64,000 bases of DNA from Spirochaetia bacterium (GTDB lineage Bacteria; Spirochaetota; Spirochaetia; SZUA-6; Bin103). The stretch is from the NCBI GenBank assembly GCA_965198005.1, contig CBDAOI010000004.1:576001-640000 (forward strand), in the 5' to 3' direction. The notes below the pieces were generated by a model. The model did no database searches and was not told the origin of the DNA. It saw nothing but the letters and a program-made list of their open reading frames with translations. Below, in pieces: positions 47,608 to 57,420 of the stretch. How positions within the stretch are numbered: position 1 is the stretch's first letter; each line of letters begins with the position of its first letter. A program made the position numbers and the translations under genes.

Positions 47608-49095
47608 ATGGGCGAGCATATCAGCCACCACTGCGGTCTGTGCGTGACCCACACGCTGCACGACGCCTATTCGTTCATCAAGACGCTGCAACACCGCGGG
47701 CGGGACGCGGTCGGGATTGCCGGCGTCGGCCATGGGCGGATCGACGCGGTGAAGTGGCTGGGCACGGTCGAGACCATGGACTTGGTCGACCTGCACAAGA
47801 TCATGCCCAGCTCCGGGTATCACACCTTCCTCGCGCACGTGCGCTACGCCACCAAGGGCAGCAAGCGGCGGCTGCTGGAAGACGCTCACCCGCACGTGAT
47901 CGGCGGCGCGATGACGGATTACGGCAGTCACGTGATCTACGCCGGCTGCGAGATGGTCGCGGTGCACAACGGTCACGTCGCAGACCACCACCTGCACGGC
48001 GCCGGCAACGCCGCGGCGAACGGCGGCGCCGGGGCAGGCGCGTGCGACACCGAGCGGCTGCTGCACCTCTACCGTGCCATCGGCGAGGCGGAGCTGGTGC
48101 GCCGGCTGCCGGGCGCCTACACCATGGCGATTGCCGACTGCAGCCGCGACGACGTGCTGGTGTTGCGCGACCGCACCGGGATCCGGCCCGGCGTGCTGGG
48201 CATCAAGGACGGCAAGCACGTGGTGGTGTCCGAGGACATCGCCCTGCGCAAGAACGGCGGCGATTTTCTGGAGGACCTCGATCCCGGCGCGGCCTATTAC
48301 CTGGCCGCCGACGGCGCCTACCGCAAGCACCAGCTCACGCCCCCGGCGCCGGCCCACTGCTTCTTCGAGTGGAACTACTTCGCCGACCGCGACTCGATCG
48401 TCGAAGGGCTGTACGTCAAGAAGCTGCGGCGCGCCCTGGGCGAGATGCTGGCCGAGGAACTGGAGCTGGACCGCGTGGACTTCGTCAGCTACTTCCCGCG
48501 CGCGCCCGAGGATGCGGCGCGCGGCCTGGCCGAGCGGGCGAAGGTGCCGTTCCGGCCGCTGTTCTACAAGCTGCGCGGCGAGCGCTCGTTTCAGGGACCG
48601 ACGCCGCATGAGCGCTCGCAGTCGATCTCGCGCAACATCTACCTGATTCCGGGCGTGGTGAACGGCATTCGCGGGCGTTCGGTGCTGGTGGTGGACGACT
48701 CGATCGTGCGCGGCAACAACGTCATGCGGGAGCGCGCGTTGCTGGAGGAAAGCGGCGTCCGCCAAGCGCTGCACGCGCTCTACACGCCGCCGATCGGCAT
48801 CGTCGGCGACGACGGAGTGGCGCGCGGCTGCCTGTTCGGGATCGACATGCCGCCCGACGACACCTTCTTCGCGCGCGGCCGCAACCCGCAACAGATGGCG
48901 GAAGCGGCCGGCGCGCAGGTGGTGTTTCTGACCAAGTCGGGGATGCTCAAGGTGTACCAGCGACTGGGCATCTCCCCGGACCGCCTCTGCACCTACTGCA
49001 TCGGCGGTCCGTACCCATATGCCAGGGCGGGCTTCCCCGACCCCGCGACGCGTGCGGCGGGCCGCCGGGCGCAGCCCCAACCGCACGCAATTTAG
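47608..49095 (+). CDS. purF: Amidophosphoribosyltransferase (Fe-S, propeptide type), divergent
   Basis: Propeptide then CG; QHRG, HVRYAT, HNG, CFFE, VVDDSIVRG, CLFGID, CTYC. Confidence 0.88.
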   Translation: MGEHISHHCGLCVTHTLHDAYSFIKTLQHRGRDAVGIAGVGHGRIDAVKWLGTVETMDLVDLHKIMPSSGYHTFLAHVRYATKGSKRRLLEDAHPHVIGGAMTDYGSHVIYAGCEMVAVHNGHVADHHLHGAGNAAANGGAGAGACDTERLLHLYRAIGEAELVRRLPGAYTMAIADCSRDDVLVLRDRTGIRPGVLGIKDGKHVVVSEDIALRKNGGDFLEDLDPGAAYYLAADGAYRKHQLTPPAPAHCFFEWNYFADRDSIVEGLYVKKLRRALGEMLAEELELDRVDFVSYFPRAPEDAARGLAERAKVPFRPLFYKLRGERSFQGPTPHERSQSISRNIYLIPGVVNGIRGRSVLVVDDSIVRGNNVMRERALLEESGVRQALHALYTPPIGIVGDDGVARGCLFGIDMPPDDTFFARGRNPQQMAEAAGAQVVFLTKSGMLKVYQRLGISPDRLCTYCIGGPYPYARAGFPDPATRAAGRRAQPQPHAI

Positions 49096-49104
49096 CCCGA
49101 CCGG

Positions 49105-50133
49105 CTAGCGCCAACCCACCTGATCGAAGATCTTGACCGCGGCCGTGTTGTGCTCGCCGAGCATCTGCAGTCCCAGCGTGTCCGCCTTCAGCTCACCCCA
49201 GGACTGGAGCAGCGGCGCCGGATCGACGTTGTGGTTTACCGGGTATTCGTAGTTGACGTGCGCCCACAGCCGCTGCGCTTCCTCGCTCGCCAGGAACTCG
49301 AGCAGACGCCGCGCACCCTCCGGGTTCTTCGAGCTGGCCGTGATGCCGGCCCCGCTGACGTTGACGTGCGCGCCGCGGCCGTCCTGGTTGGGGAAGAACA
49401 CCCGCAGCCGCTCGCCGACCTCGCGCTCGGCGTTCATCGACGAGTTCAGCATGCGTCCGACGTAGTAGGTGTTGACGATCGCGATGTCGCCATCGCCGGC
49501 CGCCACCGCGGTCATCTGCGCACGGTCGTTGCCCTTGGGCGTGCGGGCGAAGTTGCGCACCATGCCCTCGGCCCAGGCGCGCGCCTCGGCTTCGCCGTGG
49601 TTGGCGATCATCGAGGCGAGCAGCGACTGGTTGTAGATGTTGGACGAGGACCGGATCAGGATCCGGCCGCGCCAGCGCGGGTCGGTCAGGTTCTCGTAGC
49701 TGCTCAGCTCCGCCGGGTCCACCCGGTCCGGATGGTAGACGATCACCCGCGCGCGCTGGGTCAGGCCGAACCAGTAGCCGTCGGGATCGCGCAGGTGGGC
49801 AGGGACCAGCGCCTCGAGAATCTGCGACGAGACCGGCTGCAGCAGGCCGGCCTGCCGGGCACGGTGCAGACGCCCGGCGTCGACCGTCATCAGGATATCG
49901 GCCGGCGACTCGGCCCGTTCGCGTTCCAGCCGTTCGATCAGCTCGTCGGAACCGCCTTCGATCAGGTTGACCTTGATCCCGGTCCGCTCCTCGAATTTCT
50001 GGTACAGCTCCAGATCTATGTCGTAATGGCGATGTGAATAGACGTTCACCCTTCCCGATTCGTCACCGGCGGCCATGAACGCCGGCAGCATCAGCACGAC
50101 GGCGGCCGCGGCCGCCCCGAACAAGGACCTCAT
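49105..50133 (-). CDS. futA: Fe(III) ABC substrate-binding protein (FutA/FbpA)
   Basis: NVYSHRHY, TVDAGRL, RSSSNIYNQSL, NTYY iron ligands. Confidence 0.92.
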   Translation of the reverse strand: MRSLFGAAAAAVVLMLPAFMAAGDESGRVNVYSHRHYDIDLELYQKFEERTGIKVNLIEGGSDELIERLERERAESPADILMTVDAGRLHRARQAGLLQPVSSQILEALVPAHLRDPDGYWFGLTQRARVIVYHPDRVDPAELSSYENLTDPRWRGRILIRSSSNIYNQSLLASMIANHGEAEARAWAEGMVRNFARTPKGNDRAQMTAVAAGDGDIAIVNTYYVGRMLNSSMNAEREVGERLRVFFPNQDGRGAHVNVSGAGITASSKNPEGARRLLEFLASEEAQRLWAHVNYEYPVNHNVDPAPLLQSWGELKADTLGLQMLGEHNTAAVKIFDQVGWR

Positions 50134-50273
50134 CTGACAGGTACCTCCATTAAGGTCGTTAATGATTCAGAAAGGTATTAATAAAGATTAATTAACGTCA
50201 AGCGGAATTCGGACGATTCGGACGATTCGGGCGATTTTCTCCGGCGTCGCGTCCGGGCCGCGTCTGGCGGCGG

Positions 50274-50363
50274 CACAGCGATTCCGAGAAACGCGGCAAA
50301 GAACAGCGCCCCGATCACGTACCAGCCGTAGAACAGGCCGGAGGCTGCGCGCGGCTGCCGCAT
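50274..50363 (-). pseudogene. N-terminal stub of an MFS transporter
   Basis: MRQPRAASGLFYGWYVIGALFFAAFLG (FYGW first-helix pattern), then unrelated sequence. Confidence 0.5.
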
Positions 50364-50506
50364 CAGGTCCCAGCTAACGACCGGTACACCGGCACGGCGC
50401 TCCGTTCGGTCTCGAACTGCGGACCACCGCCCGTCGGCGCCGAACCCGGCCCGTCCCGACCGCCGCTGCCTGCGGGTTGCACGGCGTGCCGTCTCAGCCC
50501 GAATCT

Positions 50507-52273
50507 TCAGCCGGCCGCTGCCGGAGTCGGCGCCGCCGGCGGCTGGCGCGCCATCCCGGCCGCGGCGGCCGCACCGTCGCCGTTCGCGTCACCCGCGTCA
50601 CCCCGCCCGGCGGCCGTGAGCGAACGGTTCAGGGCCGAGATCAGCGCCAGCGCCGAGGCCTTGGCGATGTTGGGGTGGATGCCGACCCCGTAGCGCTGGA
50701 TGCCGTCGTCGCGCGCCACCTGGATGTACGCGATCGCGGTCGAATCGGTGCCCTGACCGAGGGCGTGCTCCGAGTAGTGGGTCAGCCGGAAGTCGGCCAG
50801 CCCGGCGCCGCGCAGCGCGTCCTTGAGCGCGTCGATCGGCCCGTTGCCGCTGCCGCTCAGCTCCATCTGCGTGCCGTCCACGGCAATCGTCAGGCGGCCG
50901 TTCATGCGCGAGCTGTCCTGCTCGTCGCTGGCGATGGCGTAGTCGATGAACTCGATCGGCGCGTTCGCCTGCAGGTACTCGCGTTCGAACTCGCGCCAGA
51001 TCTCCTGCGCCTCGACCTCGCGTTCGACGCGGTCGGTGAGCTGCTGCACCACGCGCCCGAACTCCGCCTGCATGGTCTTGGGAATCTGGCAGCCGAACTC
51101 GCTCTCCATCACGTAGGCCACCCCGCCCTTGCCGGACTGCGAGTTGATGCGGATGATCGCCTCGTAGGAGCGGCCGACGTCGGTGGGATCGATCGGCAGG
51201 TAGGGGACCTCCCACAGTCCGCCCTGCTGCTGCGCGCCCATCCCCTTGTTGATCGCGTCCTGGTGCGAGCCCGAGAACGCCGTGAACACCAGCTCGCCGG
51301 CGTACGGATGGCGCGCTCCGATCGGCAGCTCGGTACAGTAGTCGGAGACCTCGATCAACCGGCTGAGGTCGTGCAGGTCGAGGCCGGGGTCCACCCCCTG
51401 GGTGTACAGGTTGAGCGCCACGGTCACGATGTCGACGTTGCCGGTGCGTTCGCCGTTGCCGAACAGCGTGCCCTCGACCCGCTCGGCGCCGGCCATCAGT
51501 GCCAGCTCGGTGGCGGCGACGCCGGTGCCGCGGTCGTTGTGGGTGTGCAGGCTGAGGATGATGCTGTCCCGGCGCCGGACCTGCCGCAGAAACCACTCGA
51601 TCTGGTCGGCGTACACGTTGGGGGTGGCCAGCTCGACCGTGGCGGGCAGGTTGATGATGATGCGCCGCTCCGGCGTGGGGTCCCACACCTCGATCACCGC
51701 GTCGCATACCTCCACCGCGAACTCCAGCTCGGTGCCGGTGAAGCTCTCGGGCGAGTACTCGTAGACGATCTCGGTGTCGGTGCGGTCCGCCAGCTCGCGC
51801 ACCAGGCGGGTGCCGTCGACCGCGATCTGCTTGATGGCGGCCCGGTCCAGGCGGAACACCACCCGGCGCTGCAGCTCCGACGTGGAGTTGTACAGATGGA
51901 CGATGGCGCGCGGCGTGCCGGCGATCGCCTCGAAGGTGCGCCGGATCAGATGGTCGCGGGCCTGGGTGAGCACCTGCGGATAGACCTGGCTGGGGATCAG
52001 GTCCTGCTCGATCAGGGTGCGGGTGAAGTCGAACTCGACCGCCGCGGCGGAGGGAAAACCGACCTCGATCTCGGTGAAGCCGACGTCCACCAGCAGCGAG
52101 AACATGCGCAGCTTCTGCGCCACGTGCATCGGGTTGATGAGCGCCTGGTTGCCGTCGCGCAGGTCGACGCTGCACCAGAACGGCGCGCGCTCGATGGCGC
52201 GGTTCGGCCAGGTGCGATCGGGCAGATCGATCGGCGGGAACGGACGGTACTTGGTAATGGTGCCTCGTTGCAT
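50507..52273 (-). CDS. leuA: 2-isopropylmalate synthase (yeast/actinobacterial type)
   Basis: SVDLRDGNQAL, EYSPESF, HTHNDRG, GNGERTGN, SGSHQDAI. Confidence 0.96.
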   Translation of the reverse strand: MQRGTITKYRPFPPIDLPDRTWPNRAIERAPFWCSVDLRDGNQALINPMHVAQKLRMFSLLVDVGFTEIEVGFPSAAAVEFDFTRTLIEQDLIPSQVYPQVLTQARDHLIRRTFEAIAGTPRAIVHLYNSTSELQRRVVFRLDRAAIKQIAVDGTRLVRELADRTDTEIVYEYSPESFTGTELEFAVEVCDAVIEVWDPTPERRIIINLPATVELATPNVYADQIEWFLRQVRRRDSIILSLHTHNDRGTGVAATELALMAGAERVEGTLFGNGERTGNVDIVTVALNLYTQGVDPGLDLHDLSRLIEVSDYCTELPIGARHPYAGELVFTAFSGSHQDAINKGMGAQQQGGLWEVPYLPIDPTDVGRSYEAIIRINSQSGKGGVAYVMESEFGCQIPKTMQAEFGRVVQQLTDRVEREVEAQEIWREFEREYLQANAPIEFIDYAIASDEQDSSRMNGRLTIAVDGTQMELSGSGNGPIDALKDALRGAGLADFRLTHYSEHALGQGTDSTAIAYIQVARDDGIQRYGVGIHPNIAKASALALISALNRSLTAAGRGDAGDANGDGAAAAAGMARQPPAAPTPAAAG

Positions 52274-52307
52274 GGCTCGCTCCTTGCTTGCTCCTCTGCG
52301 CCGAAAC

Positions 52308-52358
52308 AAAAAAAGCCCAGGTCCGCCGGTTGACCGTGGTCAACGGAGCGCCTGGGCT
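52308..52358 (-). terminator. Attenuator terminator upstream of leuA
   Basis: AGCCCAGG...CCTGGGCT stem followed by a T run. Confidence 0.85.
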
Positions 52359-52379
52359 GCTTTCGCTGCGCCGCGTGCG

Positions 52380-52469
52380 TTACATACGCGCTCCGGCGGA
52401 GCATCCGGCAACCCAGGCCGGTAGGCCCAGTAGGGTGAGAAGCAGGTTGTCGTGGTCCTGTTGCCGCAT
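52380..52469 (-). CDS. leu operon leader peptide (29 aa)
   Basis: MRQQDHDNLLLTLLGLPAWVAGCSAGARM*; 6 Leu in 8 codons including two CTA. Confidence 0.85.
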   Translation of the reverse strand: MRQQDHDNLLLTLLGLPAWVAGCSAGARM

Positions 52470-52549
52470 GTCCGTGCCGGAGTACCGCTAACCTACCACC
52501 GGCGCGCGCGGTTTGCAAGTGGGCGGCGCGCAAAAAATCGCAGGGTGCG

Positions 52550-53521
52550 CTACTGGGCGTGTTCGGCCAGGTAGCGCTCGGCCTCCATGGCCGCCATGCA
52601 GCCGCTGCCGGCGGCGGTTACCGCCTGGCGGTACACCTTGTCCTGCACGTCGCCGCAGGCGAACACGCCCGGCTTGCTGGTGACGGTGGAGTCGCCGGGC
52701 GTGATCAGGTAGCCGGTCTCGTCGGTCTCGAGCTGGCCATCGAGGAAGGCGGTGTTGGGCTCGTGGCCGATGGCGAAGAACAGTCCGCCCGCCGCGAGCT
52801 CACGGGTCGCTTCGGTCTTGACGTTGCGCACGCGCACGCCGGCCACCAGCCCGTCGCCCAGCACTTCGGTCAGCACCGTATCCCACACCACGTCGATCTT
52901 GCCGTTGGCGAACACGCGCTGCTGCATCGCCTTCGACGCGCGCATCACGTCGCGCCGCACCAGCATGGTGACGCTGCTGCCGTACCTGGTGAGGAAAGTG
53001 GCCTCTTCGGCCGCGGTGTCGCCGCCGCCGACCACCACCAGCGGCTTGTCGCGGAACACCGGCAGGGCGCCGTCGCACACCGCGCACGCGGAGATGCCGC
53101 GCTGCCAGAGCCGGTCGGCGCCAGTGACCTGGAGGCGCTTGGCGGTGGCGCCGGTGGCGATGATCAGGGTGCGGGTGCGCGCGGTGGCGCCGCCGTCGGC
53201 GGTCACCGCGTACGGGACGGCGTCAAGGTCCACGGCGGCGACCGTCTCGGTGACGATGCGCGCGCCGCTACGCTCCGACTGCCGGCGCATCAGCACCATC
53301 AGCTCGGGGCCGCTGATGCCGTCGGGAAACCCGGGGTAGTTCTCGACCTCGGTGGTGGTGGTGAGCTGGCCGCCGGCCGCGACGCCGCCGGCCATGAATC
53401 CCTCGTACAGCAGCGGCGCCAGCATGGCGCGCCCCGCGTACACCGCCGCGGTATGGCCCGCCGGACCGGAGCCGATGATTACGCAGTGCTCGATCTGGTC
53501 GTGGTGCTCGTCAGCCGGCAA
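52550..53521 (-). CDS. trxB: Thioredoxin reductase
   Basis: [35 protein letters not shown]. Confidence 0.95.
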   Translation of the reverse strand: MPADEHHDQIEHCVIIGSGPAGHTAAVYAGRAMLAPLLYEGFMAGGVAAGGQLTTTTEVENYPGFPDGISGPELMVLMRRQSERSGARIVTETVAAVDLDAVPYAVTADGGATARTRTLIIATGATAKRLQVTGADRLWQRGISACAVCDGALPVFRDKPLVVVGGGDTAAEEATFLTRYGSSVTMLVRRDVMRASKAMQQRVFANGKIDVVWDTVLTEVLGDGLVAGVRVRNVKTEATRELAAGGLFFAIGHEPNTAFLDGQLETDETGYLITPGDSTVTSKPGVFACGDVQDKVYRQAVTAAGSGCMAAMEAERYLAEHAQ

Positions 53522-54113
53522 AGCGGGCGGCCACCGCTTCCCAGTTGATCACGTTGTAGAACGCGGCGATGTACTCCGGGCGCCGATTCTGGTACTTCAG
53601 GTAGTAGGCATGCTCCCACACGTCCAGGCCCAGCAACGGCGTGTCGCCCTGCATCAGCGGACTGTCCTGGTTGGCCGTGCTGTACACCGCCAAGCCGCCG
53701 CCGGCCTGCTTGACCAGCCACGCCCAGCCGCTGCCGAAGCGCTTGGTGGCGGCGTCGCTGAACGCCGCCTTGAAGCCGTCGAAGCTGCCGCAGGCCGCGT
53801 TGATGGCGTCGGCCAGCGCGCCGCCCGGCTCGCCGCCGGCGTCCGGTCCCAGCACGCTCCAGAACAGGCTGTGGTTGGCGTGGCCGCCGCCGTTGTTCTG
53901 CACCGCGGTGCGCTTGTCCGCGGGTACCAGCGAGATGTCGCGCATCAGCTTCTCGATGTCCCAGCTCTCGAACTCGGTGCCGGCCACCGCGGCGTTGAGG
54001 TTGGCGACGTAGGTCGCGTGATGCTTGTCGTGGTGGATGGTCATGGTGGTCGCGTCAACGTGCGGCTCCAGCGCGTCGTACGCGTAGGGAAGGGGAGGCG
54101 TCTCGAAGGCCAT
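53511..54113 (-). CDS. sodA: Superoxide dismutase, Mn-type signature
   Basis: [25 protein letters not shown]. Confidence 0.93.
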   Translation of the reverse strand: MAFETPPLPYAYDALEPHVDATTMTIHHDKHHATYVANLNAAVAGTEFESWDIEKLMRDISLVPADKRTAVQNNGGGHANHSLFWSVLGPDAGGEPGGALADAINAACGSFDGFKAAFSDAATKRFGSGWAWLVKQAGGGLAVYSTANQDSPLMQGDTPLLGLDVWEHAYYLKYQNRRPEYIAAFYNVINWEAVAARFAG

Positions 54114-54286
54114 ATTCGCTCCTCAGTGGCGGATTTCGAGGTGGTGGAATCGGGCAACCCCACCTCAGCCGGCAAGATACTAAGCTCGCCCGGCGCGGGT
54201 CAAGGTGGCGCCGCCGCCGCAGCCGCCGCGCGCGCCGCCGCCGGGGGCCGGCGTCCGATCCGCCAAGTGCGCTCCAATAACGTCGC

Positions 54287-54752
54287 TCACACGGCGGCGG
54301 TGAGTCCCAGCACCGAAACGAGGATTCCCAGCACGGCGAAGGCAGCCAAGCCCATCCACTTCACCATCGAGAACTGCTTCTCGACGGCCTCGAACGAATC
54401 GCTGGTCGACGGCCGCAAAGCCTGCCTTCATGGTCTCCTGCACAGACTCGAACCGCTGGTCGACGGCCTCGAACCGCCTGTCGACGGCCGCGAAGCGCGC
54501 CTCCATCAGCTCCTGCTGGGCTGCGAAGCGCTGGTCGACGGCCGCGAAGCGCGCCTCCATCAGCTCCTGCTGGGCTGTGAAGCGCGTCTCCATAGTCTCG
54601 CGCAAGTGCTTCAACTCCTGCTGAAGGCGCACTTGGCTCTGCAGCAGGTCGCGACCGGTCACCACTTGTGGTGAGGCGTCGAGCAGCCAGTCACTCAGGT
54701 TCCCCCGTACGTAGTCGCCGATCTGTTGGAGTTCCGATTCTCCGAGCGGCAT
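54287..54752 (-). pseudogene. Coiled-coil repeat protein with C-terminal TM (Bdr/DUF1640-like), copy A, +4 frameshift
   Basis: RBS GGAGG; RFAAVDQ heptads; CGAA duplication at 54391-54398; removing it restores a 153-aa ORF ending KWMGLAAFAVLGILVSVLGLTAAV*. Confidence 0.8.
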
Positions 54753-54949
54753 GGTCACTCCTCCCATCACACTACCCCAACGACCTGCCGTCCGTCCTGC
54801 TTCAACCGCGGCCAAGTGCGCAGCACGTCACCGCAGAGCGCGACTCCTGACGAGCGAGACGTACGCAACGGACTCCTCGACTCCTCGAAGAGTCGCACGA
54901 GCTGGACCTCTACCGGCGGATGCGGCTACCGCGGCGCGGCGGGCCGGGA

Positions 54950-55083
54950 TCACGGCACGCTCACCAGTGGCGGCGCCGCCCGCAGCGCGCAATGACCCGG
55001 CGGAACGCCGTGTCGGTGACGTTGGCCATCGGCGCCAGCAGCAGCATGGGCCGCGGCAGCGTATCCCGGAAGTTGACTTGCAC
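54950..55083 (-). pseudogene. Internally deleted duplicate of dus
   Basis: Both ends near-identical to 57421-57451 and 58308-58416, joined at GCCGCC. Confidence 0.9.
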
Positions 55084-55162
55084 CGCACCTCAACCTACGC
55101 TCTTGCTATTCTCGGGTCGAGCACCCGGCGACACGAAACTCGACGCATTCTCAGGTGGGACC

Positions 55163-56194
55163 ATCATCGCAACGCACACGACCACGGCTACCGTAGCGGC
55201 ACCGGCCGCGCCTCCGGCAGGGACTCCCGCGCCGGCGGCAGCGACGCCCGTGGCGGCGGCAGCATCCGTAGCCGCGGGGACGCCCGTGCCGGCGGCAGCA
55301 TCCGCGCCCGCGGCCGCGCCCTACCTGCGCAAGCCGCCGTGGCTGCGCACCCGCCCGCGGGCCAGCGAGGCGTTCGGCGACGTACGGCGTCTGATGCGCG
55401 CCAAACGGCTGACCACCGTGTGCGAGGAGGCGCGCTGTCCCAACATCCAGGAATGCTGGGGCGTCCACCGCACCGCCACCTTCATGATCCTGGGCAGCGT
55501 GTGCACCCGCCGCTGCCGCTTCTGCTCCGTGGAAACCGGCCTACCCACGGAACTGGATCTGGCCGAACCGGAGCGGGTCGCGGCCGCCGTGGCCGAGATG
55601 CGGTTGCGGCACGTGGTGGTGACCATGGTGGCGCGCGACGACCTGGCCGACGGCGGCGCCGCGGTGTGCGCGGCCACGGTGGCGGCGATTCGGGGCGCGG
55701 CGCGCTGCAGCGTGGAGCTGCTCACCTCCGACCTGGGCGGCAGCCGGGAGGCAATCGCCGCCGTGGCGGCGGCCGCCCCCGAGGTGCTGTCGCACAACGT
55801 CGAGACGGTGCCGCGCCTGACCCGGCTGGTGCGCTCCCACTCCACCTACGAGCGCTCGCTGCAGTTCCTCGAGACTGCCCACCGGCTGGCCCCGGACCTG
55901 CTCACCAAGTCGAGCCTCATGGTGGGTCTGGGCGAGACCCGGGAGGAGGTGCTGGCCACCCTGCGCGACCTGCGCGCCGCCGGCGTCCGGATCGTCAACA
56001 TCGGCCAGTACCTGCAGCCCACCGCGCGGCAGCAGTCGGTGGTCCGCTACTGGCATCCCGACGAGTTCGCCGAGCTGCGGGCGGCGGCGCGCGCGCTCGG
56101 CTTCATGCACTGCGAAGCCGGCCCCTTCGTCCGCTCCTCCTACCACGCCGGCGATCAGTTCGCCGAGCTGGCAGCCCGCGCCGTGGGGCAGTAG
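55163..56194 (+). CDS. lipA: Lipoyl synthase
   Basis: KPPWL, CEEARCPNIQEC, CTRRCRFC, HNVETV, RSSY; start uncertain (ATC 55163 or GTG 55250). Confidence 0.93.
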   Translation: MIATHTTTATVAAPAAPPAGTPAPAAATPVAAAASVAAGTPVPAAASAPAAAPYLRKPPWLRTRPRASEAFGDVRRLMRAKRLTTVCEEARCPNIQECWGVHRTATFMILGSVCTRRCRFCSVETGLPTELDLAEPERVAAAVAEMRLRHVVVTMVARDDLADGGAAVCAATVAAIRGAARCSVELLTSDLGGSREAIAAVAAAAPEVLSHNVETVPRLTRLVRSHSTYERSLQFLETAHRLAPDLLTKSSLMVGLGETREEVLATLRDLRAAGVRIVNIGQYLQPTARQQSVVRYWHPDEFAELRAAARALGFMHCEAGPFVRSSYHAGDQFAELAARAVGQ

Positions 56195-56592
56195 TGGCGC
56201 CGGACGGCTCCACCGTCGGCGCGGCCATTGGCGCGCGGGCGGCGGCCTACGCCCCCTACTCGGGGTTTGCCGTGGGCGCCGCGGTGCGCGGCGAGAGCGG
56301 GGCCATCTACACCGGCTGCAACGTCGAGAACGCCGCCTATCCCGAGAGCATCTGCGCCGAGGCGGCGGCGATTGCGGCGCTGGTGATGGCCGGCGAGCGC
56401 CGCCTCACCGAGGTCGCGGTCGCCGGCGGCGGCGACCAGCTCTGCACCCCCTGCGGCGGCTGCCGCCAGAAGATCCGCGAGTTCGCCGCCGACACCACCC
56501 CCATCCTGGTATGCGGACCGGCCGGACTGCGCCGGCGCTTCACCCTCGCCGACCTCCTGCCCGCCTCATTCGGCCCCGCCAACCTGGCGTGA
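56194..56592 (+). CDS. cdd: Cytidine deaminase (tetrameric type)
   Basis: AYAPYS, GCNVEN, CAE, PCGGCRQ. Confidence 0.93.
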   Translation: MAPDGSTVGAAIGARAAAYAPYSGFAVGAAVRGESGAIYTGCNVENAAYPESICAEAAAIAALVMAGERRLTEVAVAGGGDQLCTPCGGCRQKIREFAADTTPILVCGPAGLRRRFTLADLLPASFGPANLA

Positions 56593-56765
56593 ACGCCGAG
56601 GCACCTCCGTGATGACGATCTGCCGTTCTGGCTCACACACCCGCCACGTGCACGTGGCCCGACGCTTCTCTTCGCAGGCTCGCGCCCTTGAGGATACAGC
56701 GGCCGCGTATGGGGGACGCGCCGAGCCGGTAGAGGAACCGCTCGCACGCGTAGCAATAACGTCGC

Positions 56766-57222
56766 TCACACGGCGGCGAGGAGTCCCAGCACCGAAACGA
56801 GGATTCCCAGCACGGCGAAGGCAGCCAAGCCCATCCACTTCACCATCGAGAACTGCTTCTCGACGGCCGCAAAGCCTGCCTTCATGGTCTCCTGCACAGA
56901 CTCAGACGGCCTCGAACCGCTCGAAGCGGTCGACGGCCTCGAAGCGCCTGTCGACGGCCGCGAAGCGCGCCTCCATCAGTTCCTGTTGCGCTTCGAACCG
57001 CTGGTCGACGGCCGCGAAGCGCGCCTCCATCAGCTCCTGCTGGGCTGCGAAGCGCGTCTCCATAGTCTCGCGCAAGTGCTTCAACTCCTGCTGAAGGCGA
57101 ACTTGGCTCTGCAGCAGGTCGCGACCGGTCACCACTTGTGGTGAGGCGTCGAGCAGCCAGTCACTCAGGTTCCCCCGTACGTAGTCGCCGATCTGTTGGA
57201 GTTCCGATTCTCCGAGCGGCAT
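56766..57222 (-). pseudogene. Coiled-coil repeat protein, copy B, +1 frameshift
   Basis: Near-identical to copy A outside the repeat tract; premature TGA at 56902-56904. Confidence 0.8.
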
Positions 57223-57420
57223 GGTCACTCCTCCCATCACACTACCCCAACGACCTGCCGTCCGTCCTGCTTCAACCGCGGCCAAGTGCGCAGCACGTCA
57301 CCGCAGAGCGCGACTCCTGGCGAGCGAGACGTACGCAACGGACTCCTCGACTCCTCGAAGAGTCGCACGAGCTGGACCTCTACCGGCGGATGCGGCTCAC
57401 CGCGGCGAGGCGGGCCGGGA

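Noticed and set aside
50205-50235. 9-nt tandem repeat ATTCGGACG, about 3 copies
   Set aside because: Short intergenic microsatellite with no evidence of function
13775-51983. Long alternative ORFs (e.g. 13775-15946, 14572-16155, 21275-24514, 38525-40567, 47128-49086, and the 5' extensions of 34076-36310 and 35398-38241)
   Set aside because: Shadow frames of real high-GC genes; Arg/Ala/Pro-rich or antisense-like composition with no motifs
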